Shown one piece after another: positions 20,832-30,461 of a stretch of 64,000 nt of DNA. Each line of letters starts with the position of its first letter. Within the stretch, counting starts at the first letter, position 1. The notes beneath the pieces are model-generated. The model was not told the origin of the DNA. It made no database searches and worked only from the letters and a program-made list of their open reading frames with translations. Source of the DNA: Spirochaetia bacterium (lineage in GTDB: Bacteria; Spirochaetota; Spirochaetia; SZUA-6; Bin103); NCBI GenBank assembly GCA_965199955.1, contig CBDATQ010000001.1, positions 1,344,001 to 1,408,000 on the forward strand, given 5' to 3'. Position numbers and translations under genes: made by a program.

Positions 20832-22274
20832 ATGAAGTTCCGCGCCGTTCTCGCCGCGCTCGCCATCGTTCTGGTCCCCGTCCTTGCCCCGGCGCAGGAA
20901 GAGAACCGGGGATACGACAAGGCCGATCCGATCGTGCTCGCGGTCGGTCAGGAGTACTCCGGCACGACGGACTCCGACCAGGAACGCAAGTATTTCATGG
21001 CGCACGTGAAAGCCGACGTCGAATACCGGCTCGACATGACCGGACTCTCCGTCGATCTCGACATCTACTACCTGGGATCGGACGATACCTTCCTGCGAGA
21101 CTCGGTCGCCCGGTCGACCAACGCCGAGGACAACGACGAGCGCATCCAGTTCACGCCGAAGGAGGATGCCGCGTACTTCATGCTCCACAACTATGACTAC
21201 AAGGAGTCGGAGTTCCAGCTCCTGCTGACCAGGAGCCGGACCTACGTCGATGAAGTCGCGGCGCTGACGCCGATCCGCCTGGACGGCGAGGTCGGCTACC
21301 AGGGCCAGGTGGGCAGCCGATCGAGCCTGTACGAACTGGGCGGCCTGACCCCCGGGTCGACCTACCGCATCGCCATCGACGGCCTGCAGGTGAACGCGGA
21401 CCTGCTGGTCTTCTCCGATCCGCTGTACCGGGACGAGCTGGGGCGATCGAGCCAGCGCTACACCGAGGGCGACTTCGTCACGGTGTCGACCGACAGCGAC
21501 GTCCTCTACGTCGAGGTGCGGGGACAACACCGTTCCGGAACGCCGTTCACGCTGACCGTCGAAGAGCGCGACCGACTGCAGGATCAAGGCTCCGCGGACG
21601 AGCCCATGGAGATTCCGGTAGGCGAGGAGGTCGCGTCCGCGGTTGGGCAGGACAGAAGCTACTATTTCTTCGCGGCGACGCCCGGCCGTCCCTACACGAT
21701 CAAGCTGCTGTCGCCGACGATGGATGCCGATCTCTACCTGCACGGCGACGCCGGGTTCACCGACGTTCAGGAGATGTCTGACAACCTCCGGGGAGAAGAC
21801 GAGGTCGTGTCGCTGACCGCCGAGAGCGACGCCGTCCATTTCTCCGTGGACGGCCGTCACACGAAGGGATCGGGAGCCAACTTCGAGCTGCACGTGATCG
21901 AGGAGACGTTCGACAACGAGGGCGAGGAGCAGGAGCCGATGACGATCGCCGGCGCCAGCCACGCCGGGCAGGTGCAGGCCGATGGGGACAGCTACTACCG
22001 GATCCCGGTGGTCCCCGGCAGGATGTACCTGATCAAGGTGACCCAGCAGGAAATCCGCGGCACCTGGCGGTTCCACTTCTACGTCTACGATGACGAGATC
22101 CGCGGCCGGAAGCTGGCCTCGGCCGGCTACATCAACGGCAACGAGTACAAGTCAGCGCTGATCGAAAGCTTCTCCGGGGAGTGGCTCTACCTCCACGTCC
22201 TCTCCTACGACGAGGACTTCGGCAGCGACTTCACCGTCGAAGTTCAGGAAGTGCTCCTGGCGGAAGCCGAGTGA
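20832..22274 (+). CDS. Secreted acidic protein with about four PPC-like beta-sandwich repeats
   Basis: Signal peptide; recurring (Y/F)…PG.xY.I…D(A/L)DLY…F.L.V units; GGAGG RBS. Confidence 0.7.
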   Translation: MKFRAVLAALAIVLVPVLAPAQEENRGYDKADPIVLAVGQEYSGTTDSDQERKYFMAHVKADVEYRLDMTGLSVDLDIYYLGSDDTFLRDSVARSTNAEDNDERIQFTPKEDAAYFMLHNYDYKESEFQLLLTRSRTYVDEVAALTPIRLDGEVGYQGQVGSRSSLYELGGLTPGSTYRIAIDGLQVNADLLVFSDPLYRDELGRSSQRYTEGDFVTVSTDSDVLYVEVRGQHRSGTPFTLTVEERDRLQDQGSADEPMEIPVGEEVASAVGQDRSYYFFAATPGRPYTIKLLSPTMDADLYLHGDAGFTDVQEMSDNLRGEDEVVSLTAESDAVHFSVDGRHTKGSGANFELHVIEETFDNEGEEQEPMTIAGASHAGQVQADGDSYYRIPVVPGRMYLIKVTQQEIRGTWRFHFYVYDDEIRGRKLASAGYINGNEYKSALIESFSGEWLYLHVLSYDEDFGSDFTVEVQEVLLAEAE

Positions 22275-22300
22275 GCACCTGTACCCGCGTTCGTGCGCCG

Positions 22301-23001
22301 TCAGGCGTCGACTGCCTCGAAAGCGGTCACGTTGCACGTTGCGCGTCTCCCGGCTGAACTCCACGCCGATCAGATGGATCGGCTCGCCCCGGCCGCGATA
22401 CGTATCCGCGTATCCGCGTTCCCGTAACTGTGCGAGCGCCGAGCCCGGGGGCGTCATCTCCACCACCTTGAACTCGGACAGATACACGTGCCCGCCGGTC
22501 CGCACCGCCATGTCCAGGCGGCCGTGGCTGCTCGACTCCTCGACGACGATCTCGTAACCGAGCGCCGCAAAATAGGAGTAGAACACGCTCGCGTAGTAGC
22601 CCTCGTAGTTCGCGATGTCGTTGTTGGTGTGCCATTCGTAGGGAATGCTCGCGAAGAAGGCATGGAATAGCTCCTCCATGCCGGCGCAGTCGTGCGCTGC
22701 AAGCAGCCGCGCCAGGCGGATGCTGTTGTCCGTCTGCCGCCGGATATCCTGCACCAGGTGCCGCCGCAGCACCCGGTTCAGGCTCTGCCTGACCTCCCGG
22801 TTCGGGTAGCCCAGCCGATACAGCGCCTCCTCGCCCAGCCGCTCTTCTCCGGTGATGGTCAGATAGCCGGTCTGGAACAGAAGCGCTTCGGTGCCGAGGT
22901 GGCCGACGTCGAACGCCGACAGCAGGTCCTCCGTGCTCACCGTGTCGTCCAGTGATACGGAGGAGATGCGGCGTTCGAACAGCGTCTCCACCAGGAACGC
23001 G
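22301..23001 (-). pseudogene. 3' part of an AAA-ATPase-like/PD-(D/E)XK (PDDEXK_9) gene, cut by IS66
   Basis: LLFQTGYLTI, YPNREV, EGYYASVFY, GRLDM…EFK, IGVEFS; a 7-bp duplication at 22328-22341 shifts the last codons. Confidence 0.88.
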
Positions 23002-23045
23002 GTAAGCGTCCGCTGAACGCCACCTTACGACGGCTGAAATAGCGG

Positions 23046-23390
23046 GTGATCGTCCCTGTCAGGAGGGACGATGAGGTGAACGAGAAACACGGGCGCGAGT
23101 ATTGGAGCCAGCAAGTTGCCGAGTGGCGGAGCAGCGGCCTGTCGAGCAAGGCGTACAGCGAGCGGCATGGCCTGCCGTATTCGTCGCTGTGCCGGTGGGC
23201 GGGCAAGTCGAGGCAGTCCTCGGGGCCGGAGAGTCAGCGGCTGGTCGAACTGGGGCAGCGCGGCGGCGGTGCCGAGCCGGGCGCGACGATCGAGCTGGTG
23301 GTCGGCCAGCGGTACGTGCTGAAGCTGAGGCGGTCGGTGCGGGCTACCGATCTGCGCGAAGTACTGGCGGCGCTGGAGGGCGAGCGGTGA
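23046..23390 (+). CDS. tnpA: IS66 accessory protein TnpA
   Basis: WSQQVAEWRSSGLSSKAYSERHGL; true start may be GTG 23076. Confidence 0.8.
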   Translation: MIVPVRRDDEVNEKHGREYWSQQVAEWRSSGLSSKAYSERHGLPYSSLCRWAGKSRQSSGPESQRLVELGQRGGGAEPGATIELVVGQRYVLKLRRSVRATDLREVLAALEGER

Positions 23391-23727
23391 TCCGGGTGGA
23401 GCTGGGCGCGGCGCGGATCTTCGTACGGCCTGGGGCGACCGATATGCGCACGCAGGTCAACGGGCTGGTAGTGCTGGTGCAGGAGCAGATGCAGCTCAGT
23501 CCGTTCGAGACGGCGCTGTTCGTGTTCTGCAACGCGCGGCGGCGCGTGCTGAAAGCGGTGTACTGGGATCGGACGGGATTCTGTCTGTGGATGAAGGGGC
23601 GATTTCCGTGGCCGCCAACGGCGACCGAGGCGCGCCGAGAGATCGGCATCGAGGAGCTTCGGATGCTGCTGATCGGATCGATTTCTAGCATACCCACGAG
23701 GAGCTCCGGTACCGGGAAATCGCCTGA
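23387..23727 (+). CDS. tnpB: IS66 accessory protein TnpB (frameshift near the end)
   Basis: TDMRTQVNGL, LFVFCN…LKAVYWDRTGFCLWMK, FPWP. Confidence 0.85.
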
Positions 23728-23770
23728 GGTGGGTTGACACTGTCAGCATATTTCGTGCTATGGCATCTAC

Positions 23771-25179
23771 ATGTCCAGCGCGCCAGCGGTCGCCGAAGAA
23801 CGCGATGCGCTACGCGAAGAGAATCGTCGCCTGGTCCTGGAAAAGGACGATCTGGACGCGAAACTTCGGGAGCTGAACAAAGAAGCTGGATCTCTACGAA
23901 GAACAGGTGGAGTGGTTCAAGAACAAGCTGTATGGACGCGGTACCGAACAGCTCACCGCCGCCGAGCGGCTGCAGATTCGAGTGTTCGATGAGATCGAAC
24001 ACTCCGCCGACAGCCCATCGCCGGACGATGAGCCGTCCGCGGATCAGGCGGCCGCCGAGGTGCTTGCGCGCACTGGCAGCCGCCCGCGGCGCAGACCGCT
24101 GCCGCAGGCGCTGCCACGGATCGAGCAGGTCATCGACCTGCCCGAGCAGGACAAGCAGTGTGAGTGTGGCCACCCCCTGGTGCGCATCGGCGAGGACACC
24201 TGCGAGAAGCTCGACGTGATCCCGCCGCAGGTACGGGTGATCCGCACGGTGCGGCCCAAGTACGCCTGTCATCAACTGCGAAGGCTCCGGCGACGAAGAG
24301 CATCCGGCGGTGCGGATCGCGCCGCCGCCGGCGGCGCTGATCCCGAAGGGGCTGGCCTCGGAGGGGCTGGCCTCGGAGGGGCTGGCCTCGGAGGGATTGC
24401 TGGCGTTTATCGCCACGGCGAAGTTCTGCGACGCGCTGCCTCTGTACCGCCAGGAGCGGCAGTTCGCGCGCCTCGGCGTCGAGCTGTCGCGGCGCACGAT
24501 GTCGGACTGGATGATCGCTGCCGCCACAGCCTGCCAGGCGCTGATGTACGACGGCTACGCGCGCCCGTGTGCGCAGCCCGGCATCGTGCACGTGGGCTGT
24601 TGGGCGCACGTGCGGCGAGCGTTCAAAGAAGCCGCCGACGCGCTGGGCAAGGTGTCCAGCCGGGCCGCAGCGGCGCTGCATGCGCTGGGGTTCATCGCCA
24701 AGCTGTACCGCGCCGAGTCGGAACTGTCGAAGTACCGCGATAAGGACCCTGAGCGGTTCGTGGCCGCGCGGCGCGCACGGGTGGAGCCGGTGCTGGCGAA
24801 GTTCCACGGCTGGCTGCAGGAGAAACGCGACCAGGTGCTGCCCGGCTCGGCGCTCGGCAAGGCGGTGGCCTTCGCGCTCAGCGAGTGGCCGAAGCTGATC
24901 CGCTATCTGGACCACCCGCAGATGAGCCCGGACAACAACGCCTGCGAACAGGCGATCCGCCCGTTCGTGGTGGGCCGCAAGAACTGGCTGTTTTCCGGCA
25001 GCCCGCGCGGAGCCAAGGCGAGCGCGATCCTGTACAGCCTGATCGAGACCGCCAAGGCCAACCGGCGCGAGCCGTACTGGTATCTGCGCGAGCTGTTCGA
25101 GAGGCTGCCGCATGCGCGCACCCGCGCCGACTACCTCTCGCTCCTGCCGACTGCGCGTCCACCGCCGCCGGCTTCATAG
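23771..25179 (+). pseudogene. tnpC: IS66 transposase TnpC, frameshifted and internally deleted
   Basis: CECG…RPKYAC zinc finger, KFCDALPLYRQ, GCWAHVRR, DNNACEQAIR…GRKNWLF; the region with the first catalytic Asp is missing between ACQ and ALMYDGY. Confidence 0.9.
24347..24391 (+). repeat. 3 x 15-bp tandem repeat (GLASE)
   Basis: AGGGGCTGGCCTCGG x3. Confidence 0.95.
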
Positions 25180-25203
25180 AGCCTGGTTTCGCCGGTCGCT
25201 TAC

Positions 25204-26066
25204 ACACCAACTCCCGGCCCACTGATCAGTTACGCAACACACGCGCGCTCGCGCCGCCGTCGCGTAGCCGGTCGTCTGCGCCACCAGCCTCAGCAGCCGC
25301 CGATAGGTGGCCGCCGGCCGCCGCGCACCGCGCCCCGAGCGGATCTCCTGCTCGCGCCGCTTGGCAGCGCGGCAGTGGTCGCGAAACGACACCCCCGCCA
25401 AGCGCCCGCGCGCCTGGCGCAGCAACCGCGTCAGGACCCGCACGCCGTCGTACAACAGCCGGCTGTCCGACGGTGCCAGGATGTCCGTGTCGGTGACGGT
25501 GCTGTCGATGCGCACCTGAGTGCCCGACTCGATACCTCGCAACTTGGCGTCCTGCAGCAGCACGCCCTCGATGCTTCTCCAGGCCTCGGCGTCGATCGCC
25601 TTGATGCCGGCGTGCAACGCCGACTTCTTCGGCACCTCGTACGGATCGACCCGTGCGAAGCGCTGCATGGTGGCCGAATCGTGCAGGGCGAACTCCAACG
25701 CGCGGTACGAATAGCCCATCAGGTGTTTGAGCACCGCGCAGCGCAGGATCGTCTCGCAGGTCAGGCCATGGCGACCCCAGGCGACCGAGCCGCCAACACA
25801 GCGGCCAACCACCTCGAGCAATTCCGCGTGCTGATCGAGCCATCCGGAAGCACGTTCCAGCTCTTCGGCGACGGGATGGACAACTTCGGGCGCTTGGAAT
25901 ACGCTGGGCTGGATGATGCGTGTGGAGCGCATCTGACCTCCGGTGTTTCGGCTATCGTTTAGGACTTCACCAACGATGGTAGCCGAAACACCGTTTCTTT
26001 GTCCGCCCCCTTTCGATCCTCAACTCAAGCCCTTCAAACGAGTTGCGAGTTACCGGACAGGAACTA
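25204..26066 (-). mobile_element. Truncated ISNCY/IS5-type element; transposase starts at 25932 and is cut at the IS66 end
   Basis: GLTCETILRCAVLK…SYRALEF…, RIDSTVTDTDILAPSDSRLL; candidate end TAGTTCCTGTCCGGTAAC (reverse complement) near 26049-26066. Confidence 0.8.
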
Positions 26067-26074
26067 ACCTAAGG

Positions 26075-27184
26075 TCAGGTGGTCAGCACTTCGCGCAATC
26101 GACGGGTGACCTGCTGGGCCTCGCCAGGCTGCAGAGTCATGGGATCGGCGAACATTCCGCCGTCCCAGCCACCCATGGTGATGCTGGGATCGCCGTCGCG
26201 GAGCGGCGGGCCATAGGTGTCGGCGGTGCGGTCGCCCAGAAGCTCGATCCGGACGCGAGGCACGCCGCCGGGGAAGAAGAGCTGGTCCCCGTCGTCGACC
26301 GTGGCGCGCACGCCGCCGATCCCCTCCAGCCCCGCGACGATCAGCTCGGCGTCGGCTCGCCAGTGACGGTAGTCGTCCTCGTCACTGCCGTCCAGGAAGA
26401 GTTCGACGGCGGCCAGCAGGCCCATCAGCTCCTCCTTGCCCACCTTCATGCCGCGACCCACGGAGCTGGCCGGCGAGCCGTTCATGCGCGCCGCCTCGAT
26501 GAGCTCCGCCTTGCCGACCACCAGGCCGCTGGACTGCGGGCCGCGCAGGCCCTTGCCGCCGGAGAACACCACCAGGCCTGCGCCCAGGCGGACCGGCTCG
26601 GTCAGGTTGGAGCGCGGCGGAAGCTGCGCCGCCGCGTCGACGATGACCGGGATGCCGCGCGGCTCGGCCACGGCGACCACCTCGGCGAGCTGCTCCAGGG
26701 CCTGCTTGCCCAGGTAGTGGAGGACCGCGGCGGTGTCGTCGTCGAGCGCCTCCTCGATGGCGGCGGTCGGGCAGGCCTCCTTGCTGCCGACCTTGACCAG
26801 GACGCCGCCGGTTGCGGCGATCACCTGGAAGAGGTAGTCGTGCGCGTCCACTTGCGGGATCACGAAGCGGTTGCGCCAGCCGTCGGTGAAGGGTAGCCGC
26901 TGGACGCGCCCGGCGTCGGTGCCGGTCAGGCAGGCGGCCGCCGCCTGCTGCACGCCGCTGGCGGCGCCGCAGGTGACCAGCGCGCCCTCGACGCCGATGC
27001 GGTGGGCGAGCCGTTCACCGATCCGCTCCTGCAGGGTCTCCACCGAGACGAAGCTGCGGGCCGCCTGGCGCATCGCCTCTACGACCGGCTCCGGCATGAT
27101 GCTGCCGCCGACCGAGGTGCCGGTGCCGCGGCAGTTGATGAACGGCCGCACGCCCAGGTCGGCGTAGGTAGTCGGGCCGCTCAA
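26075..27184 (-). CDS. SelA-like/DgaE-family PLP-dependent enzyme
   Basis: LGVRPFINCRGT, VDAAA, FSGGKGLRGPQSSG, GRGMKVGKEE. Confidence 0.85.
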   Translation of the reverse strand: MSGPTTYADLGVRPFINCRGTGTSVGGSIMPEPVVEAMRQAARSFVSVETLQERIGERLAHRIGVEGALVTCGAASGVQQAAAACLTGTDAGRVQRLPFTDGWRNRFVIPQVDAHDYLFQVIAATGGVLVKVGSKEACPTAAIEEALDDDTAAVLHYLGKQALEQLAEVVAVAEPRGIPVIVDAAAQLPPRSNLTEPVRLGAGLVVFSGGKGLRGPQSSGLVVGKAELIEAARMNGSPASSVGRGMKVGKEELMGLLAAVELFLDGSDEDDYRHWRADAELIVAGLEGIGGVRATVDDGDQLFFPGGVPRVRIELLGDRTADTYGPPLRDGDPSITMGGWDGGMFADPMTLQPGEAQQVTRRLREVLTT

Positions 27185-28743
27185 TAGACCCGCTCCAGCT
27201 CCCCGACCGGCACCTCGATCAGCACCGGCTCGTCGCCGGCGAACGCACGCTCCAGCTCCTGCCGCAACGCCGTGGGGTCCTGTGCCCGCGCGCCGCGCAC
27301 GCCGAAGGACTCGCTCAGGCGGACGAAGTCCGGGTTGCGCAGGTCGACGCCCACCAGCCGGCCGCCGAAGTCCTCCCGCTGGGAGCGCTTCACGTTGCCA
27401 TAGGCGTCGTCGTTGAACACCACCACGGTCACGGCGATGTCGTGCAGGACCGCGGTGGCCAGCTCCTGGATGTGGTACATGACGCCGCCGTCGCCGCAGC
27501 AGGCGACCACCGGCGTGTCGGGCCGCGCCACCTTGGCACCCATGGCGATCGGCAGCGCCCCGCCCAGGTTGCCGCGCGGATCGAAGTAGGTGTCGGGCGC
27601 GTAGACGCGGTAGTAGTTGCGGCTGTAGTAGCCCATCTGGTTCATGCCGTAGGCCAGGATGCCGTCGTCAGGGATGGCCTCGCGTAACGCCTCGATGTAG
27701 GAGCGCTGCGGCTCGAGCTGCTCGCCGTCGCCGAAGCGCACGCCGTTGAGGGCGGCGATGGCCGCGGTCGGATCCTTCGCCTTTCCGGGGCGCACCAGTC
27801 GAGTGAGGGTCTCCAGGGCCCCTCGCGCGTCCGCTTCGATGGCCAGCGCCTGGTCGGCGGCCAGCGCGTCGGCGTCAAGGTCGATGCGGATCACCCGCTT
27901 CGGGTCGACGCCCAGCAGCCCGGCCGGACCGTATTGGGTGCCGACCGCCAGGACGACGTCGCGCGACTGCGCGAACTCCGCCAGCGGTGCGTAGGCGCGC
28001 AGGGAGTGTCCCAGCGCCAGCGGGCTGCGGTCGGAGATGGCGCCCTTGCCGGCCGTGGTGGTCGCGACCGGCGCCGGCAGCCGCTCGGCCAGCTCGGCCA
28101 GCGCCGCGGCGGCGCCGGAGCGGTGCACGCCGGTGCCGGCCAGGATCAGCGGCCGCTCGGCGTCGGAGAGCATGGCGGCGGCGCGCTCCAGTGCGGCGAC
28201 GTCGCTGGCCGGCGGCTCGATCGCGGCCCGCGGGGCGATCTCGACTTCCTCTTCCTGCGCCAGCACCGTTGCGGACACTTCCAGGTAGACCGGCCTGGGG
28301 CGGCCGGAGCAGGCCGCCCGTACCGCCTCCGGCACCTTGGCCGCCACGTCGCCTGGGCTGGTCGCTTTCGCCGCCCACTTGGTGATCGGTTCCAGCCAGT
28401 GGCTCGATGACGCGCCCTTGAGGCGGTCCTCGGGCGAGCCTGAGATGACGATGATGGGCGAGGAGGAGCGCAACGCGGTCGAGACGCCGCCGGAGGCGTT
28501 GAACAGGCCCGCGCCCGGCACTACCAGGGCGCTGGCCGGGCGGTTGCCGGCGCGCGCGTAGCCGTCGGCCATGTGCGTGGTAGGCTGCTCGTTTCGGCAG
28601 GAGACGTAGCGGATGCCGTCGGTGTCGAAGTAGGCGTCGACCGCCTCGTACTGGCCTGCGCCCGGCACGCCGAAGGTGACGGCCACCCCTTGGGCGGCCA
28701 GCGAGCGCACCAGTGCCTGGCCGCCGTTCATGCGTCGTTTCAT
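27181..28743 (-). CDS. Thiamine pyrophosphate-dependent enzyme (acetolactate synthase-like)
   Basis: FGVPG, RNEQ…MADGYAR, GDGG…VFNDDAYG, NPDF. Confidence 0.9.
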   Translation of the reverse strand: MKRRMNGGQALVRSLAAQGVAVTFGVPGAGQYEAVDAYFDTDGIRYVSCRNEQPTTHMADGYARAGNRPASALVVPGAGLFNASGGVSTALRSSSPIIVISGSPEDRLKGASSSHWLEPITKWAAKATSPGDVAAKVPEAVRAACSGRPRPVYLEVSATVLAQEEEVEIAPRAAIEPPASDVAALERAAAMLSDAERPLILAGTGVHRSGAAAALAELAERLPAPVATTTAGKGAISDRSPLALGHSLRAYAPLAEFAQSRDVVLAVGTQYGPAGLLGVDPKRVIRIDLDADALAADQALAIEADARGALETLTRLVRPGKAKDPTAAIAALNGVRFGDGEQLEPQRSYIEALREAIPDDGILAYGMNQMGYYSRNYYRVYAPDTYFDPRGNLGGALPIAMGAKVARPDTPVVACCGDGGVMYHIQELATAVLHDIAVTVVVFNDDAYGNVKRSQREDFGGRLVGVDLRNPDFVRLSESFGVRGARAQDPTALRQELERAFAGDEPVLIEVPVGELERVY

Positions 28744-28757
28744 CGGTTGCTCCCTTG

Positions 28758-29585
28758 TCAGGTATGCGAGGCCGCCGCGGCGGCGGCCGGTTCGGCAGCT
28801 TCGAGCGGGTAGACCCTCGGAAAGACCGGGCCGGCCAGCCGCTCGCCGTCGGCGACGGTGATGAACTGCTTCATGATGTGGTCGTTGGCCGCCACGTAGA
28901 GGGTGGTCTCCGGCATGTAGTGAAAGGCGATGGCGCGCCGCGGCCGGCCGGACCGGTTGGGGAACGAGGCGTGCCAGGTCAGGCCGTGATGGAAGTGGAC
29001 GTGGCCCTTGGCCACCGGGCGCGGTACCGGCCGGATTTCGTGGCCGCGGTACTCGGCCGGCAGCTCGGAGTCGAAGTGGATGTCCTGGTGGAGCTCCCGG
29101 GCCGATCCCCAGCGGTGGGAGCCCGGGACCATCCACATGCAGCCGTTGCCTTCGTCCACGTCGTCCAGGGCCACCCATGCCGACATCTGCACGTGCGGGA
29201 TGAGCACCGGCCATGCAGGCGAGTCCTGGTGCCAGGAGGTGGTGCCGCCGATGTCCTTCGGCTTGTACTGCACCTGGTCGTGCCAGATGCGGAGCTCCCT
29301 GGCGCCGGTCATGCGGGCCACGTCGGTAACGATCGACGGGCTGCGGCTCAGATGGGCGAACGCGTCGCTGGCCTGCCAGATGTTGACGATCTGCCACACC
29401 GGCCGGCCCTCGTTTTTGGACAGGTCGCTGCAGCGCACCGGGCGACGGCCGTCGGGGAAGTCAGTGGCGGTCAGGACGCGCTCCAGCTCGCCGCGCAGCT
29501 CGTCGACCTCGGCGTCGTCGAGCACGCGGTCACCCAGGACGAATCCCCGGTCGCGGAACTCCTGTACCTGTGCCTCACTCAGCAT
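28758..29585 (-). CDS. Phytanoyl-CoA dioxygenase (PhyH) family Fe/2OG enzyme
   Basis: WHQD, WVALDD…NGCM…PGSH, H…N.S…RR. Confidence 0.92.
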   Translation of the reverse strand: MLSEAQVQEFRDRGFVLGDRVLDDAEVDELRGELERVLTATDFPDGRRPVRCSDLSKNEGRPVWQIVNIWQASDAFAHLSRSPSIVTDVARMTGARELRIWHDQVQYKPKDIGGTTSWHQDSPAWPVLIPHVQMSAWVALDDVDEGNGCMWMVPGSHRWGSARELHQDIHFDSELPAEYRGHEIRPVPRPVAKGHVHFHHGLTWHASFPNRSGRPRRAIAFHYMPETTLYVAANDHIMKQFITVADGERLAGPVFPRVYPLEAAEPAAAAAASHT

Positions 29586-29610
29586 ACGCAGCAGTATACG
29601 CGGGCGCGGC

Positions 29611-30351
29611 TCAGCCCATGAAGCCGCCGCCGTTGATGTCGATGGGCGCGCCGGTGATGTAGCCGGCGTGCTCGCTGGTCAGGAACGCCACCGCCTCGGC
29701 GACCTCCTCCGGCGTGCCCAGGCGGGAGACCGGGAAGCTCTCCTCGTACGCGGCGATCCGCTCCGGCGTGACGGTGCCGCGCACCATCTCCGTGTCGATG
29801 AGCCCCGGGCAGACGGCGTTGACGGTGATGCCGTACGGGGCCAGCTCCTTGGCCAGCGCGCGCGTCAGGCCGAGCACGCCGTGCTTGGCGGCCGTGTAGT
29901 GGCAGCCGCCCAGGGTGCTGACGGTGCGGCCGGCGGTGGAGGAGAAGTGCACGATGCGGCCGTAGCCGCGTTCGCGCATCGGCCCCGCGACTGCCTTGCT
30001 GGCCACGAACGAGCCCTTGAGGCTGACGGCCACCACGCGGTCGAACTCGTCCTCCTCCAGTTCGAAGAAACGCGTGCGCAGCATGATGCCGGCGGCGTTG
30101 ACCAGGATGTCCAGCCGCCCGTGGTGCTCAAGCGCTGCCGCCACCGCCCGCTCCACGTCGGCCGCTCGGGTCACGTCGCCCGCGCACGCCAGCCCGTCCA
30201 GCTCGGCCGCCAGCTCCCGCAGGGGCTCCGCCTGCCGGTCGAACACCGCCACCGCGGCGCCGCCGGCCGCGAGCCGCCGCGCGCACGCCGCGCCCATGCC
30301 CTGCGCCGCGCCGGTGACCAGCGCGACCCTGCCCTGGTGATCTCGTTTCAT
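29611..30351 (-). CDS. SDR (FabG-like)
   Basis: TGAAQGMG, YTAAK, CPGLIDT. Confidence 0.92.
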   Translation of the reverse strand: MKRDHQGRVALVTGAAQGMGAACARRLAAGGAAVAVFDRQAEPLRELAAELDGLACAGDVTRAADVERAVAAALEHHGRLDILVNAAGIMLRTRFFELEEDEFDRVVAVSLKGSFVASKAVAGPMRERGYGRIVHFSSTAGRTVSTLGGCHYTAAKHGVLGLTRALAKELAPYGITVNAVCPGLIDTEMVRGTVTPERIAAYEESFPVSRLGTPEEVAEAVAFLTSEHAGYITGAPIDINGGGFMG

Positions 30352-30461
30352 GCCGCCTCCCTCTCCTGCGCGCAGGCTACTCCTCGAACGGCTGCGGCGT
30401 CAGGCCGGTGCCGATCGCGCGGGCCGGCAGCGCCGCGGCCGGTCCGCTATGCTTCGCCGCG

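Larger units (their letters stand above)
23002..25203 (+). mobile_element. IS66-family insertion sequence (defective)
   Basis: Terminal IRs GTAAGCGTCCGCTGAA and GTAAGCGACCGGCGAA (reverse complement); tnpA-tnpB-tnpC order; no target duplication. Confidence 0.92.

Noticed and set aside
19193..22300. Integron cassette array
   Set aside because: No integrase, no clear RYYYAAC…GTTRRRY attC sites, and gene orientations are mixed.
23387..23727. RNA-guided TnpB nuclease
   Set aside because: This is the small IS66 accessory TnpB, unrelated to IS200/605 TnpB; there is no RuvC or zinc finger.
23734..23764. Internal IS66 promoter starting TTGACA
   Set aside because: No convincing -10 box at 16-18 bp spacing.
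26075..27184. Selenocysteine synthase or a Sec recoding system
   Set aside because: The protein is short and carries the DgaE-like GRGMKVGKE motif; I saw no selB, selC or selD and no convincing in-frame UGA gene.
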